A DNA stretch of 44,613 nucleotides from Chloroflexota bacterium (GTDB taxonomy: Bacteria; Chloroflexota; Dormibacteria; DASZGP01). The notes below the pieces were generated by a model. That model did no database searches, had not been told where the DNA came from, and saw nothing but the letters and a program-made list of their open reading frames with translations. This document shows, in pieces, positions 1 through 10,219 of this stretch. Location: NCBI GenBank assembly GCA_034666445.1, contig JAXDLV010000079.1, forward strand, positions 1 to 44,613, read 5' to 3'. Position numbers and translations under genes: made by a program. How positions within the stretch are numbered: position 1 is the first letter of the stretch; every line of letters begins with the position of its first letter.

Positions 1-1
1 G

Positions 2-367
2 GTCCACGCCGTCCGCGCCCACCACTACGACGAGCAGCCCGCCACCCTCGAGGCGATGCTCGTCATCGCGGCCGACGCCATCTCGGCTGCGCGGCCCGGG
101 GCCCGCCGGGAGACGCTGAGCAACTACATCAAGCGCCTGGAGCGCCTGGAGACCATCGCCAACTCCTTCCCGGGCGTGGAGCGCTCCTTTGCCGTCCAGG
201 CCGGCCGCGAGATCCGGATCATCGTCAAGCCCGAGGAGATCGACGACGCCACCGCCCAGGTGATCGCGCGCGACATCGTCAAGCGCATCGAGGGCGAGCT
301 CACCTACCCGGGGCAGATCAAGGTGACGGTGATAAGGGAGACCCGCGTCGTGGACTACGCCAAGTGA
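2..367 (+). CDS. rny: Ribonuclease Y, C-terminal fragment (5' end outside window)
   Basis: The frame is open from the window edge. The translation ...[45 protein letters not shown]...[20 protein letters not shown] matches the end of the HD domain and the conserved C-terminus of RNase Y. It is followed by ymdB, as in Bacillus. Confidence 0.9.
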   Translation, partial: VHAVRAHHYDEQPATLEAMLVIAADAISAARPGARRETLSNYIKRLERLETIANSFPGVERSFAVQAGREIRIIVKPEEIDDATAQVIARDIVKRIEGELTYPGQIKVTVIRETRVVDYAK

Positions 368-1167
368 GCGACACCATCAGGGTGCTCGCGGTGGGCGACA
401 TCGTGGGCCGCCCGGGAAGGCACGCGGCCGTGAGGCTGATCCCGCGCCTGCGCCGTGAGCACGACATCGACATGGTCGTCGCCAACGGTGAGAACGCCTC
501 GGGGGGCTTTGGGCTGACGGGGGCCGGGGCACGGGAGCTCTTCAGCGCCGGGGTCGACGTCATCACCAGCGGTAACCACATCTGGGACCAGCGGGAGGTG
601 CTGCCCTCGCTCGATGAGCTGCCCATCCTGCGGCCGATGAACTACCCGGCCGGCACGCCGGGCCGGGGCTGGCTGGTCCACGACCTGGGCGCCAAGGGCT
701 CGGTGGCCGTTGGCAATGTCCAGGGGCTGGTCTTCATGCCCTCAATCGAGTCGCCCTTCCGGACGGTCGACGCCTACCTCGAGGCGGTGAAGGACGTACC
801 TGTGCGGCTCCTCGACCTGCATGCGGAGGCGACCAGCGAGAAGATGGCCATGGGCCACTACGTCGACGGCCGCGTCAGCCTGCTATGGGGTACCCACACC
901 CACGTTCCCACCGCCGACGCGCGGGTGCTGCCTAACGGCACCGCGTACGTGAGCGACCTCGGCATGGTGGGGCCGCGCGACTCGGTCATCGGAATGGAGC
1001 CGGAGGGCTCGCTGGCGCGCCTGCTGACGGGCATCCCGCAGCGTTTCAAGGTCGCCGGGGGCGTGGTGACTTTCAATTCGGTTGTGGTTACAATCAGCGG
1101 CACCTCTGGACGGGCTGAGAGTATCGAGCGCGTGGACCACGTGGTCGACCCCTCACCTTCCGCCTGA
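364..1167 (+). CDS. ymdB: YmdB-family metallophosphoesterase (2',3'-cyclic-nucleotide phosphodiesterase, TIGR00282-like)
   Basis: 267 aa, with a GTGA start/stop overlap with rny. Family motifs present: [41 protein letters not shown]. Conserved rny-ymdB synteny. Confidence 0.9.
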   Translation: MSDTIRVLAVGDIVGRPGRHAAVRLIPRLRREHDIDMVVANGENASGGFGLTGAGARELFSAGVDVITSGNHIWDQREVLPSLDELPILRPMNYPAGTPGRGWLVHDLGAKGSVAVGNVQGLVFMPSIESPFRTVDAYLEAVKDVPVRLLDLHAEATSEKMAMGHYVDGRVSLLWGTHTHVPTADARVLPNGTAYVSDLGMVGPRDSVIGMEPEGSLARLLTGIPQRFKVAGGVVTFNSVVVTISGTSGRAESIERVDHVVDPSPSA

Positions 1168-1169
1168 CG

Positions 1170-1448
1170 ATGCAGACGATCACCACTTTGGAAATACTCA
1201 AAGTCTCAGCAACATCGAAGCCGGTCGCAGTGGCAGGCGCGATCGCGGGAGTGGTGCGTACCCAGAGCAGGGTGGAGGTGCAGGCGATCGGCGCCGGCGC
1301 CATCAACCAGGCGGTCAAGGCGATCGCGATTTCGCGTGGCTACGTCGCCCCCGGGGGCATCGACCTGGTGTGCATCCCGTCGTTCATCGACATCTCGATC
1401 GACGGCGAGGAGCGCACCGGCATCCGCCTCCTCGTCGAGTCCCGCTAG
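1170..1448 (+). CDS. spoVS: Stage V sporulation protein S family protein
   Basis: 92 aa. LKVSATSKPVAVAGAIAGV...VQAIGAGAINQAVKAIAISRGY...IRLLV is the characteristic SpoVS pattern, in the rny-ymdB-spoVS order. Confidence 0.9.
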   Translation: MQTITTLEILKVSATSKPVAVAGAIAGVVRTQSRVEVQAIGAGAINQAVKAIAISRGYVAPGGIDLVCIPSFIDISIDGEERTGIRLLVESR

Positions 1449-1499
1449 GCCCTCGAGCCGCCGCCTCCGGTCCCGCGCGCGACCGATAAGCTTGCCCCG

Positions 1500-4139
1500 A
1501 TGGGGCAGGGGCTGACAGGAGAGAAGCCGGGGACGAAAGGGTCCGCCAGTCGCGGCAAGCCGCCCCTGAGCCCCGTCCTGGAGCAGTACCTCCGAGCCAA
1601 GGCCGATCACCCGACCGATGTCCTGCTGTTCCGGCTGGGCGACTTCTTCGAAACATTCCAGGAGGACGCCGAGGTCGCCGCGGCGATCCTGGGGATCACG
1701 CTGACGTCGCGGGACTTCGGCCGCGCCGGCCGCCACCCGATGGCCGGCTTCCCGGCGCACGCCGCCGAGGGCTACATCGCCAGGCTCCTGGCGGGCGGCC
1801 GCTCGGTGGCGGTCTGCGACCAGGTGGAGGAGGCGTCGGCGGCAAAGGGCCTGGTGCGGCGCGAGGTCACCCGGGTGCTGACGCCGGGGACGCTCGTCGA
1901 GGGCGCGCTGCTCGACCCCGGCCGGGACAACTCGCTGGTGGCGCTGGCATGGAGCGACACGGCCATTGGCATCGCCCTCCTCGAGGCCTCCACGGGGAGG
2001 ATCGAGCTGACCGAGCTGCCCGCCGACGACCTGCCGCTGCTGGCCGAGGTGCTCGGGCGGATCGCTCCGTCGGAGGTGCTGGTCTCGGATTCCGCCGAGG
2101 CCGCGGTGGCCGCCTGGCGCCCGGTGGGGGCGACCTGGACCCTCACCCGCCTCGACGACTGGCGGTTCGAGAGCGCCCGCGGCCGGATGCGAGCCATGGA
2201 GGTGCTGGGGGTCGCCAGCCTCGGCGGCTTCGACTGCGACGACCTCGAGCCGGCGCTGGGCGCGCTGGGCGCTGCCTTCGACTATCTCCAGCGCAACCAC
2301 CTCACGCTCCCCGGGGAGGTCATCCGGCTGCGGCGGACGCGGGTCGGCGACACGATGCACCTCGACGTGCCAACGGTAATCAACCTTGAGCTGGTGGCCA
2401 CCATGGGCGCCGAGGGACGCGGGCTGCTGGAGCTGGTCGACCGCACCCGCACGCCGATGGGGGCGCGCAGGCTGCGCGCCTGGCTGCTGGCGCCGCTGCT
2501 GGACGCCGGCGCCATCGACCAGCGGCTGGTGGCGGTCGAGGAGCTGGTGGCCGGCGACGGCCTCCGGCAGTCGCTCACCGACGAGGTGCGCCGGGTGCGC
2601 GACCTGGAGCGGTTGACCACGCGCGTCGCCGCGGGCAGGGCGACGCCGCGCGACCTCGGCGCGATCCGCGACTCGCTCCCTTCGCTGGCGCGGTTGACCG
2701 CGCTGCGGGGCGAGGTGAGGGGTGGACGCCTGCGTTCCTTGCTCGCCGCTGTCGAGCCGGAGGATGCGCTGCACGACACCCTGACAAGCGCGCTGGAATC
2801 GGACCTGCCCATCCCCGTGACCGAGGGGGGCATCATCCGCCCCGGTTACGACGCCCGGCTCGACGAGCTGCGGCTGGCGATCAGGGAGGCGCAGGAGTGG
2901 ATCGCGGGGCTGGAGCACACAGAGCGCGAGGCAAGCGGCATCAAGAACCTCAAGGTGGGCTTCAACCGCGTGTTCGGCTATTACCTCGAGGTCAGCAACG
3001 CCAACCGGCTGCCCATCCCGGACGGTTACCTGCGGAAGCAGACGCTGGCCGGCGGGGAGCGGTACATCACACCCGCCCTGAAGGAGAAGGAGAGCGTTGT
3101 GCTCAACGGCGAGCAGGCCATCTTCGCGCGCGAGCGCGAGGTCTTCATGGACCTGTGCGCCGCCGTCGGCCGCCGCGCGTCCTCCCTGCTGGCCACCGCC
3201 GAGGCCGTCGCCGAGCTGGACGCCCTCGTGTCGCTGGCGATGGCCGCCGTCGAGCACGGCTGGACGCGCCCGGAGGTCACCGACGGCTTTGACATCGACA
3301 TCGAGGACGGGCGCCACCCGCTGGTCGAGCGCTCGCTGGGGCCGGGAAACTTCGTGCCCAACGACGCCCACCTCGCGGAGGGCAGCCGGGTGGTGCTGCT
3401 CACGGGCCCGAACATGGCAGGCAAGTCGACCTACCTGCGGCAGACGGCGCTGCTGGTCCTGATGGCGCAGGTCGGCAGCTTCGTGCCCGCCGCGTCGGCA
3501 CGCGTCGGGCTGGTGGACCGGATCTTCACGCGCGTGGGGGCGCAGGACAGCATCGCCGGGGGGCTGTCCACCTTCATGGTCGAGATGGTGGAGACGGCCA
3601 ACATCCTCAACCACGCCAGCCCTCGCAGCCTGCTGGTCATCGACGAGATCGGTCGCGGCACCAGCACCTATGACGGCATGAGCATCGCCCAGGCGGTCGT
3701 GGAGCACATCCACGACGCCCCCGGGCTCGGGTGCAAGACGCTGTTCGCCACCCACTTCCACGAGCTGACGGCGCTGGCGGCGCGACTCCCGGCGCTGCGC
3801 AACTTCCGCGTCGAGGTCAGCGAGGAGGGCGGCAAGGTGACGTTCCTGCACCGCATCGTGCCGGGCGGGGCCGACCGCAGCTACGGCATCCACGTGGCCG
3901 AGATCGCGGGGCTGCCTGCAGGCGTCACCGCACGGGCGCGGGAGGTGCTGGCGTCGCTGGAGGCCGAGGCACCGCCGGGCGAGGTGGTGCCCGCCGGCGA
4001 CCAGCTGAGCCTGCCGATGCCGCTGCCGCACCGGCTCGTGCGCGAGCTGCAGGAGCTCGAGATCGACAAGCTCAGCCCGCTGGAGGCGCTGAACCGACTC
4101 GCGATCCTGAAGCGGATCGGCGCGGAGGCAGGTGCCTGA
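1500..4139 (+). CDS. mutS: DNA mismatch repair protein MutS
   Basis: 879 aa. N-terminal SPVLEQYL...GDFFETF mismatch-binding region, Walker A GPNMAGKST, STFMVEM, DEIGRGTSTYDG. Confidence 0.97.
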   Translation: MGQGLTGEKPGTKGSASRGKPPLSPVLEQYLRAKADHPTDVLLFRLGDFFETFQEDAEVAAAILGITLTSRDFGRAGRHPMAGFPAHAAEGYIARLLAGGRSVAVCDQVEEASAAKGLVRREVTRVLTPGTLVEGALLDPGRDNSLVALAWSDTAIGIALLEASTGRIELTELPADDLPLLAEVLGRIAPSEVLVSDSAEAAVAAWRPVGATWTLTRLDDWRFESARGRMRAMEVLGVASLGGFDCDDLEPALGALGAAFDYLQRNHLTLPGEVIRLRRTRVGDTMHLDVPTVINLELVATMGAEGRGLLELVDRTRTPMGARRLRAWLLAPLLDAGAIDQRLVAVEELVAGDGLRQSLTDEVRRVRDLERLTTRVAAGRATPRDLGAIRDSLPSLARLTALRGEVRGGRLRSLLAAVEPEDALHDTLTSALESDLPIPVTEGGIIRPGYDARLDELRLAIREAQEWIAGLEHTEREASGIKNLKVGFNRVFGYYLEVSNANRLPIPDGYLRKQTLAGGERYITPALKEKESVVLNGEQAIFAREREVFMDLCAAVGRRASSLLATAEAVAELDALVSLAMAAVEHGWTRPEVTDGFDIDIEDGRHPLVERSLGPGNFVPNDAHLAEGSRVVLLTGPNMAGKSTYLRQTALLVLMAQVGSFVPAASARVGLVDRIFTRVGAQDSIAGGLSTFMVEMVETANILNHASPRSLLVIDEIGRGTSTYDGMSIAQAVVEHIHDAPGLGCKTLFATHFHELTALAARLPALRNFRVEVSEEGGKVTFLHRIVPGGADRSYGIHVAEIAGLPAGVTARAREVLASLEAEAPPGEVVPAGDQLSLPMPLPHRLVRELQELEIDKLSPLEALNRLAILKRIGAEAGA

Positions 4140-5937
4140 CGTAGTCACGATCCGGCAACTGGCGCCCGAGGTGGCCGACGCGATTGCCGCCGGCGAGGTG
4201 GTGGAGCGCCCCGCGTCGGTGGTGAAGGAGCTGGTGGAGAACGCCCTCGACGCGGGCGCCCACAGCGTGACGATCGAGGTCGACGGCGCCGGCCAGGGCC
4301 GGGTTGTCGTGGTGGACGACGGGGTGGGCATCCCAGCGCCGGAGCTCGCCCTCGCGCTCACCCGCCACGCCACGTCCAAGCTGGCGTCGATCACGGACCT
4401 GGGCGCGATCGCCACGCTGGGGTTCCGGGGCGAGGCGCTGGCAAGCATCGCGGCGGTGGCACGCGTCGAGCTTCGGAGCACCGTGCCCGGGGCGCCGGAG
4501 GGCGCGGTTGTTCGTGCCGAGCACGGGATTGTCGGTGATGTCGAGGTCGCGCCGCCGCTGGTGGGGACGCGAGTGGAGGTGCTCGGCCTGTTCGAGAACA
4601 CCCCCGCGCGGCGGGCCTTCCTGCGCAAGCCCGCCACCGAGGCCGCCGCGGTGGTCCGCGTCGTCGCGGCCCTGGGGCTCTGCCACCCGGAGGTTGCGTT
4701 CCAGCTGCGCGTCGACGGGCGCCGCGCGCTCGATCTCCGGCGCGAGCAGGACCTCGCCGCGCGCTTCGGTGCCATCCAGCGCGGCGCCGCGGCGCCCCTG
4801 GCGGTGGCGGGTCGCCGCGAGGGTATCGCCGTGTCGGGGCTGGTGGCCGAGCCGGCGGCGCTGCGACGCAGCCGCGAGCACCTCTACCTGGCGGTCAACC
4901 GGCGCCCGGTGGTGAGCCGCTCGCTGGCCTTCGCCGTCGAGCAGGCGTACCGCGGGCTGGTCGAGCCGGGGCACTTCGCCGTCGGCGCGCTGAACCTGGA
5001 GGTGCCCGCCGACACCATTGACATCAACGTTCACCCGACCAAGCGTGAGATCCGCTTCCGCGAGGAGCGGAAGGTCTTCGGGGTGCTCCAGGAGGCGTGC
5101 CTCGCGGCGCTGGCGGGGAGCGCCGCGTACGCCGGGTCAGGCCTGCTGCGGGAGCGCGCGGCAGAGCCGTACGCGCCGCTCGCCGGCGCCCCGGGTCCTG
5201 CTCCCGAGGGGTTCGCGCAGGCGGTCCCGCCGCCCCCGCGGCAGCCCGCCGTAGCGGAGCTGCGCCTGCCCGCCATCGCCGTCGCAGCCAACTCGGCAGA
5301 GACGGGACCGGCGGATGCCCGGATAGCGGATGCCACTCTGGGGGCGGTGCGGCTGCTGCGCGGGCCGTTCCGCCTCGTCGGCCAGGTTCTCGATTCCTAC
5401 ATCGTGGCCGAGGGACCCAGCGGCCTGGTCCTGGTCGACCAGCACGCCGCGCATGAGAGGGTGATGTTCAATCGCCTCGTCGCCGCGCGAGATCGCGGCG
5501 GCCGTGACATCCAGCCGATGCTGGTGCCGCCCGTGCTGCATCTCACCCCCATCCAGGCCGCCTGCCTTGCCGATGTCGCCCCCGACCTCGCCGCCGCTGG
5601 GATCGTCCTCGAGGAGTTCGGTCCTGACGCGGCCCGGCTGCTGGCCCACGAGCCGATGCTGCCCGACCGCGGTCTCGACCGCGTGGTGATCGAGGTCCTG
5701 GACTCGCTGGTCGCGGAGGGCCGCGAGATCGACCACGCGCGCAGGCTGGAGCGGGCGACATACACGGTCGCCTGCCACTCCGCGATCCGTTTCGGGCAGC
5801 GGCTGGCGCGGGAGGAGATGGAGGGGTTGCTGCGCGACCTGGAGGTGGCCGACCCAGGGATCACCTGTCCCCACGGGCGGCCGACGCTGCTGGAGATCGG
5901 CGAGGGCCAGCTGCGGCGGGAGTTCAGGCGCAGCTGA
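4132..5937 (+). CDS. mutL: DNA mismatch repair protein MutL (endonuclease-type)
   Basis: 601 aa, with an 8-nt overlap with mutS. GHKL motifs are present (VVKELVENALDAGA, DDGVGI, GFRGEAL). The C-terminal DQHAAHERVMFNRL motif is typical of MutH-independent MutL. Confidence 0.95.
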   Translation: MPDVVTIRQLAPEVADAIAAGEVVERPASVVKELVENALDAGAHSVTIEVDGAGQGRVVVVDDGVGIPAPELALALTRHATSKLASITDLGAIATLGFRGEALASIAAVARVELRSTVPGAPEGAVVRAEHGIVGDVEVAPPLVGTRVEVLGLFENTPARRAFLRKPATEAAAVVRVVAALGLCHPEVAFQLRVDGRRALDLRREQDLAARFGAIQRGAAAPLAVAGRREGIAVSGLVAEPAALRRSREHLYLAVNRRPVVSRSLAFAVEQAYRGLVEPGHFAVGALNLEVPADTIDINVHPTKREIRFREERKVFGVLQEACLAALAGSAAYAGSGLLRERAAEPYAPLAGAPGPAPEGFAQAVPPPPRQPAVAELRLPAIAVAANSAETGPADARIADATLGAVRLLRGPFRLVGQVLDSYIVAEGPSGLVLVDQHAAHERVMFNRLVAARDRGGRDIQPMLVPPVLHLTPIQAACLADVAPDLAAAGIVLEEFGPDAARLLAHEPMLPDRGLDRVVIEVLDSLVAEGREIDHARRLERATYTVACHSAIRFGQRLAREEMEGLLRDLEVADPGITCPHGRPTLLEIGEGQLRREFRRS

Positions 5938-5975
5938 GCCCGGCGCGGCCGGCCGGCACGGGATCGTCGCCGGCG

Positions 5976-6869
5976 CTGGCGATCATCGGTCCCACCGCGG
6001 CGGGCAAGACCGCGGTGGCCGTGGAGGCGTGCTTGCGGCTCGGCGGCGAGATTGTCTCGGTCGACTCGCGCCAGCTCTACCGCGGCCTGCGGGTGACGAG
6101 CAACGCGCCGACCGACGAGGATCTGAGGGGTATCCCTGCCCACCTGGTGGGGATCGTCGACCCGGGCACCCGCATCAACGTGGCGAGCTTCGTGGCCATG
6201 GCGCGCCCAGTGCTGGACGAGATCCGCGGCCGCGGTCTCACGCCCGTCATCACCGCCGGCACCGGGCTCTACCTCAAGGCGCTTGTCGACGGGCTCGAGC
6301 TGGGCGAACCGCCCCCGCCCGCACCTGTCCGCGCCGCCCTGGAGGCGGAGGCCCTGGCCGACCTTCCCGCGCTGGTTGGACGGCTGCGCGACCTCGACCC
6401 GGCGGCTGCCGACGTGGTCGATGTCGACAACCCGGCGCGGGTGGTGCGACGGATGGAGATGGCCCTGGCGCGCGGGGCCCACGGTCCAGGCGCCCCCGCG
6501 GCCAGCCTCGTCGCCACCATCAAGGTGGGTCTCGCGGTTGACCGCCAGGTGCTGTACCGGCGCATCGAGGCCCGCGCCGACGAGATGCTCTCCGGCGGGT
6601 GGCGCGATGAGGTGGAGGCACTGATCGCGGCCGGCATCGACCCGGGCGCCCAGGCGTTCACCTCGATCGGGCTCGCGGAGCTGGCGGCGGTCGCGCGCGG
6701 TGATATGGCGCTGGCGGACGCCCGGGCGGTGATCGTGCAGCGGACGCGCAATTACGCGAAGCGTCAGATGACATGGTTTCGGGCCGACCCGGGCGTGAGG
6801 TGGATCGACGTGACTGCCCTACCGCTCTCGGATATCGTTGACCGGGTCGTGGCATCGGTTTCGAGTTGA
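5976..6869 (+). CDS. miaA: tRNA dimethylallyltransferase MiaA (start codon uncertain, apparently non-canonical)
   Basis: LAIIGPTAAGKTAVAVE...VSVDSRQLYRGL... is the MiaA N-terminus. The Walker A motif (5988-6011) lies upstream of the first ATG/GTG/TTG in this frame (GTG 6015). The frame is open back past 5650. Candidate starts are CTG 5976, CTG 5934 and ATC 5982. Confidence 0.85.
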   Translation: MAIIGPTAAGKTAVAVEACLRLGGEIVSVDSRQLYRGLRVTSNAPTDEDLRGIPAHLVGIVDPGTRINVASFVAMARPVLDEIRGRGLTPVITAGTGLYLKALVDGLELGEPPPPAPVRAALEAEALADLPALVGRLRDLDPAAADVVDVDNPARVVRRMEMALARGAHGPGAPAASLVATIKVGLAVDRQVLYRRIEARADEMLSGGWRDEVEALIAAGIDPGAQAFTSIGLAELAAVARGDMALADARAVIVQRTRNYAKRQMTWFRADPGVRWIDVTALPLSDIVDRVVASVSS

Positions 6870-7723
6870 GGTTCCACAAGCTCCACGGGGCTTCCAACGA
6901 CTTCGTGGTGGTCGACGGCCGTGTGGCCGCCGATGCCGCCGCGGCGGGCGGTGGCGACGAGGCGCGCTGGGCGACGCTGGCCGTCGCGCTCTGCGATCGC
7001 CGGCGCGGCGTGGGTGCCGACGGGCTGCTGGTCCTCGAGGACAGCACCGCACAGGACTTCCGCATGCGCTACCACAACGCCGATGGCAGCACCGCGGAGA
7101 TGTGCGGGAACGGCATCAGGTGCCTGGCCAAGTTCGCCCTCGACACCGGTGTCACAGACCAGCGCGCCCTGAGGTGGGAGACCCTCGCCGGCCCGATCGC
7201 CACCGAGGTCCTGGCCCACGACGGGGCGTCTGCGCTGGTCCGCGTGGACATGGGCCCGCCGCGCTTCGCCCCGGCCGACATCCCGGTGGAGGCCGAGGGC
7301 AGCGATGTTCGGGAGACGCCATTCGACGTCGCCGGCGAGGCCATCACCCTCACGTGTGTGAGCATGGGCAACCCGCACGCGGTGACGTTCGTGGACAGCG
7401 TCGACGGCTATGAGCTCGCCCGCATAGGGCCCGCCGTCGAGCGCCACGCGCGGTTCCCCGAGCGCACCAACTTCGAGGTCGTGGAGGTCCTCGGCCCGGC
7501 CCACCTGCGGATGCGGGTCTGGGAACGCGGGGTGGGGGAGACGATGGCCTGCGGCACCGGCGCCTGTGCCGTCGCCGTCGCCGCCCGGCTGGTCCGCGAC
7601 GCCGGCCCCGAGGTCGATGTGGACGTGCCCGGCGGACGGCTCCATGTCGGCTGGGACGAGGGTGGCCCCGTGATGCTCACGGGTCCCGCCGAGACGGCGT
7701 TCACCGGTGACTTCGCGGGTTGA
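6866..7723 (+). CDS. dapF: Diaminopimelate epimerase
   Basis: 285 aa, with a TTGA overlap with miaA. NDFVVVD, the first catalytic Cys in CGNGIRC and the second in MACGTGACA. Confidence 0.93.
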   Translation: MRFHKLHGASNDFVVVDGRVAADAAAAGGGDEARWATLAVALCDRRRGVGADGLLVLEDSTAQDFRMRYHNADGSTAEMCGNGIRCLAKFALDTGVTDQRALRWETLAGPIATEVLAHDGASALVRVDMGPPRFAPADIPVEAEGSDVRETPFDVAGEAITLTCVSMGNPHAVTFVDSVDGYELARIGPAVERHARFPERTNFEVVEVLGPAHLRMRVWERGVGETMACGTGACAVAVAARLVRDAGPEVDVDVPGGRLHVGWDEGGPVMLTGPAETAFTGDFAG

Positions 7724-8895
7724 CGCGGCTGTCTGAGGGCCTCGCCGCGCGGCGGATGTCGCGCATCCCCCCGTACCTGTTCGCGGAGATCGACCGGAAG
7801 GTGGCGGCCAAGCGCGCAGAGGGTGTCGATGTCATCGCGCTGGACATCGGCGACCCCGACACCCCGACGCCCGCGCACATCGTGGAGGCCGCGCGCCTCG
7901 CGCTGGCCGACGGCGCCAACCATCGCTACGCCTCGTACTACGGCATGCCCGCCCTCCGCGACGCCGTCGCCGGCTGGTACCGCGGCCGGTTCGGGGTGGA
8001 ACTCGACCCCGCCACCGCAATCCTGCCCACCCTGGGCTCCAAGGACGGCATCTCGCACCTGCCCTTCGCATTGGTCGACCCCGGCGACGTGGTCCTGGTG
8101 CCCAGCCCCGGCTACCCGGTCTACCTGACAGGCACGGTGATGGCCGACGGCGAGCCCCACCTGCTCCCGTTGACCGCCGCCAACGCTTGGCTGCCAGACC
8201 TCGACGCGATCCCGGCGGACGTCGCCACGCGGGCACGGATCCTGTGGCTGAACTACCCCAACAACCCTACGGCGGCGACCGCGCCGATCGAGTTCTACCG
8301 GTCGGCGGTCGAGTTCTGCCGCCGCCACGACATCGTCCTCTGCCACGACTTCCCCTACTCGGAGATCGCGTTCCGGGGCTATCGCGCCCCGTCCGTGCTG
8401 GAGGTGGAGGGTGCCGCCGACGTCGCCGTCGAGTTCCACTCGCTGTCCAAGACGTTCAACATGACCGGCTGGCGGGTCGGCATGGCGGTGGGCAACGCGG
8501 AGGTGATCCGCCTCCTCGGCCAGGTCAAGACCAACATCGACTCCGGGATCTTCCCGGTGGTCCAGCACGCCGCCATAGCGGCGCTGACCGGCCCTCCCAA
8601 CGACGCGCTCAACACCGAGTACGAGGCGCGGCAGGCGCGGGCCCTTGCGGTGTTCGCGGAGCTGGGCTGGAGTGACCAGCGGCCCCCGGACGCCACCTTC
8701 TATCTATGGCTGCCCGTACCGGACGGGTTCACGTCCGTGTCGTTCGCCACCCACGTCCTCGACGAGGCCGCGGTGAACCTGACCCCGGGCAACGGCTTCG
8801 GCGAGCATGGCGAGGGCTACTTCCGGGTGTCGCTCACCGTCCCCGACGACCGATTCGACGAGGCCCTAGAACGGCTACGCGGCCTGAAGCTGTAG
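7720..8895 (+). CDS. dapL: LL-diaminopimelate aminotransferase-type class I aminotransferase
   Basis: 391 aa, with a TTGA overlap with dapF. RIPPYLFAEIDRKVAAKRAEGVDVIALDIGDPDTPTP resembles the short DapL (TIGR03540-like) family. The PLP lysine context is SLSKTFNMTGWR. Confidence 0.8.
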   Translation: MTRLSEGLAARRMSRIPPYLFAEIDRKVAAKRAEGVDVIALDIGDPDTPTPAHIVEAARLALADGANHRYASYYGMPALRDAVAGWYRGRFGVELDPATAILPTLGSKDGISHLPFALVDPGDVVLVPSPGYPVYLTGTVMADGEPHLLPLTAANAWLPDLDAIPADVATRARILWLNYPNNPTAATAPIEFYRSAVEFCRRHDIVLCHDFPYSEIAFRGYRAPSVLEVEGAADVAVEFHSLSKTFNMTGWRVGMAVGNAEVIRLLGQVKTNIDSGIFPVVQHAAIAALTGPPNDALNTEYEARQARALAVFAELGWSDQRPPDATFYLWLPVPDGFTSVSFATHVLDEAAVNLTPGNGFGEHGEGYFRVSLTVPDDRFDEALERLRGLKL

Positions 8896-8920
8896 CCCGC
8901 CGGCCGGGCGGCCGCCACTG

Positions 8921-10216
8921 ATGCCGCGCCTCGACGAGTTCGTCTTTGCGCCCGACCAGGAGGCCGAGAAGGTCTACCTCCTGGGGCTCGGCCTGCCGGG
9001 GGTCAGCAACGAGAAGCTGGAGGAGGAGATGAGCGAGCTTGGCGAGCTTGCCGTCACCGCCGGGGCGGAGGTGGTCGGCGCCGACGTGCAGCACCTCGAC
9101 CGGCCCAACCCGCTGACCTGCTACGGCAAGGGCAAGGTCGAGGAGCTGAAGAGCCTCAAGTCGGACCTGGGCTTCACCACCGTCGTGACCAACGACGACC
9201 TGGCGCCGCGGCAGCAGCGCAACCTCGAGGACATCCTCGACATGAAGGTGCTGGACCGCACCGAGGTGATCCTCGACATCTTCGCCCGCCACGCGCGGAG
9301 CCACGAGGGCCGCCTCCAGGTGGAGGCCGCCCAGCTGCGACACCTGCTGCCGCGCCTGGCCGGGGGTCGCAAGCTGTCCCGCCTCGGTGGCGGCATCGGC
9401 ACCCGCGGTCCCGGCGAGCAGAAGCTGGAGGTCGACCGCCGCCGGATCCGCAACCGCATCAGCGAGCTGGGCCGCGACCTGACCAAGATGCAGAAGTCCC
9501 GCCGCCTCCACCGCCAGGCCCGCGTCCGCAACCAGGTGCCCGTGGTCGCGGTGGTGGGCTACACCAACGCGGGCAAGAGCACGCTGCTGAACGCCCTCAC
9601 CGGCGCGGGCGTGCTGGAGGCCGACCAGGTCTTCGCCACACTCGATCCCACCACCCGCGCCGTCGACCTGCCGGACGGCCGGAAGGTCCTGCTCACCGAC
9701 ACTGTCGGGTTCATCCAGAAGCTGCCCACCGACCTCGTGGCGGCCTTCAAGGCGACGCTGGAGGAGGTGACTGAGGCCAACGTCCTGGTGCACGTCCTGG
9801 ACGCGTCCCACCCCGCGATGCGGGCCCATTTCGCGGCCACCAACGAGGTGCTGGACCAGCTCGAGGCGCTCGACAAGCCGATGGTGCTTGCCCTCAACAA
9901 GGTCGACCTCCTCGACCCGGGCACAGTGGCCATGATGCAGCGCCGCGGCGACTGGGCGCCGTACGACGAGGTGGTGCCGGTGTCGGCGAGGACGGGCAAG
10001 GGGATGGACCGGCTCCTGGCCGCCATCGAGCGGCTGACCCGCGACGGCCTGGTGCAGCTCGACCTGCTGCTGCCCTACGACCAGGCGGGCTTGGAGTCAG
10101 AGGTGCTGAAGCGCGGCCGCGTACTGAAGCGGGAGTACCTCAATGAGGGCACCCACCTGGTGGCCGAGGTGCCCTCTAGCGATGCGCCCCGCTTCCGGGA
10201 CTTCGTTCGAAGCTAA
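8921..10216 (+). CDS. hflX: GTPase HflX
   Basis: 431 aa. HflX N-terminal domain followed by a G domain (GYTNAGKSTLLNALT, DTVGF, NKVD). Confidence 0.93.
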   Translation: MPRLDEFVFAPDQEAEKVYLLGLGLPGVSNEKLEEEMSELGELAVTAGAEVVGADVQHLDRPNPLTCYGKGKVEELKSLKSDLGFTTVVTNDDLAPRQQRNLEDILDMKVLDRTEVILDIFARHARSHEGRLQVEAAQLRHLLPRLAGGRKLSRLGGGIGTRGPGEQKLEVDRRRIRNRISELGRDLTKMQKSRRLHRQARVRNQVPVVAVVGYTNAGKSTLLNALTGAGVLEADQVFATLDPTTRAVDLPDGRKVLLTDTVGFIQKLPTDLVAAFKATLEEVTEANVLVHVLDASHPAMRAHFAATNEVLDQLEALDKPMVLALNKVDLLDPGTVAMMQRRGDWAPYDEVVPVSARTGKGMDRLLAAIERLTRDGLVQLDLLLPYDQAGLESEVLKRGRVLKREYLNEGTHLVAEVPSSDAPRFRDFVRS

Positions 10217-10219
10217 GGC

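Noticed and set aside
1206-4775. A 1189-aa ORF on the minus strand spanning mutS and the start of mutL.
   Set aside because: It is antisense to a full-length MutS with all its motifs. Its translation is Arg/Ala/Gly/Pro-rich, poor in Lys/Ile/Phe/Asn/Tyr, and has no recognisable domain. This is the typical open antisense frame of very GC-rich coding DNA.
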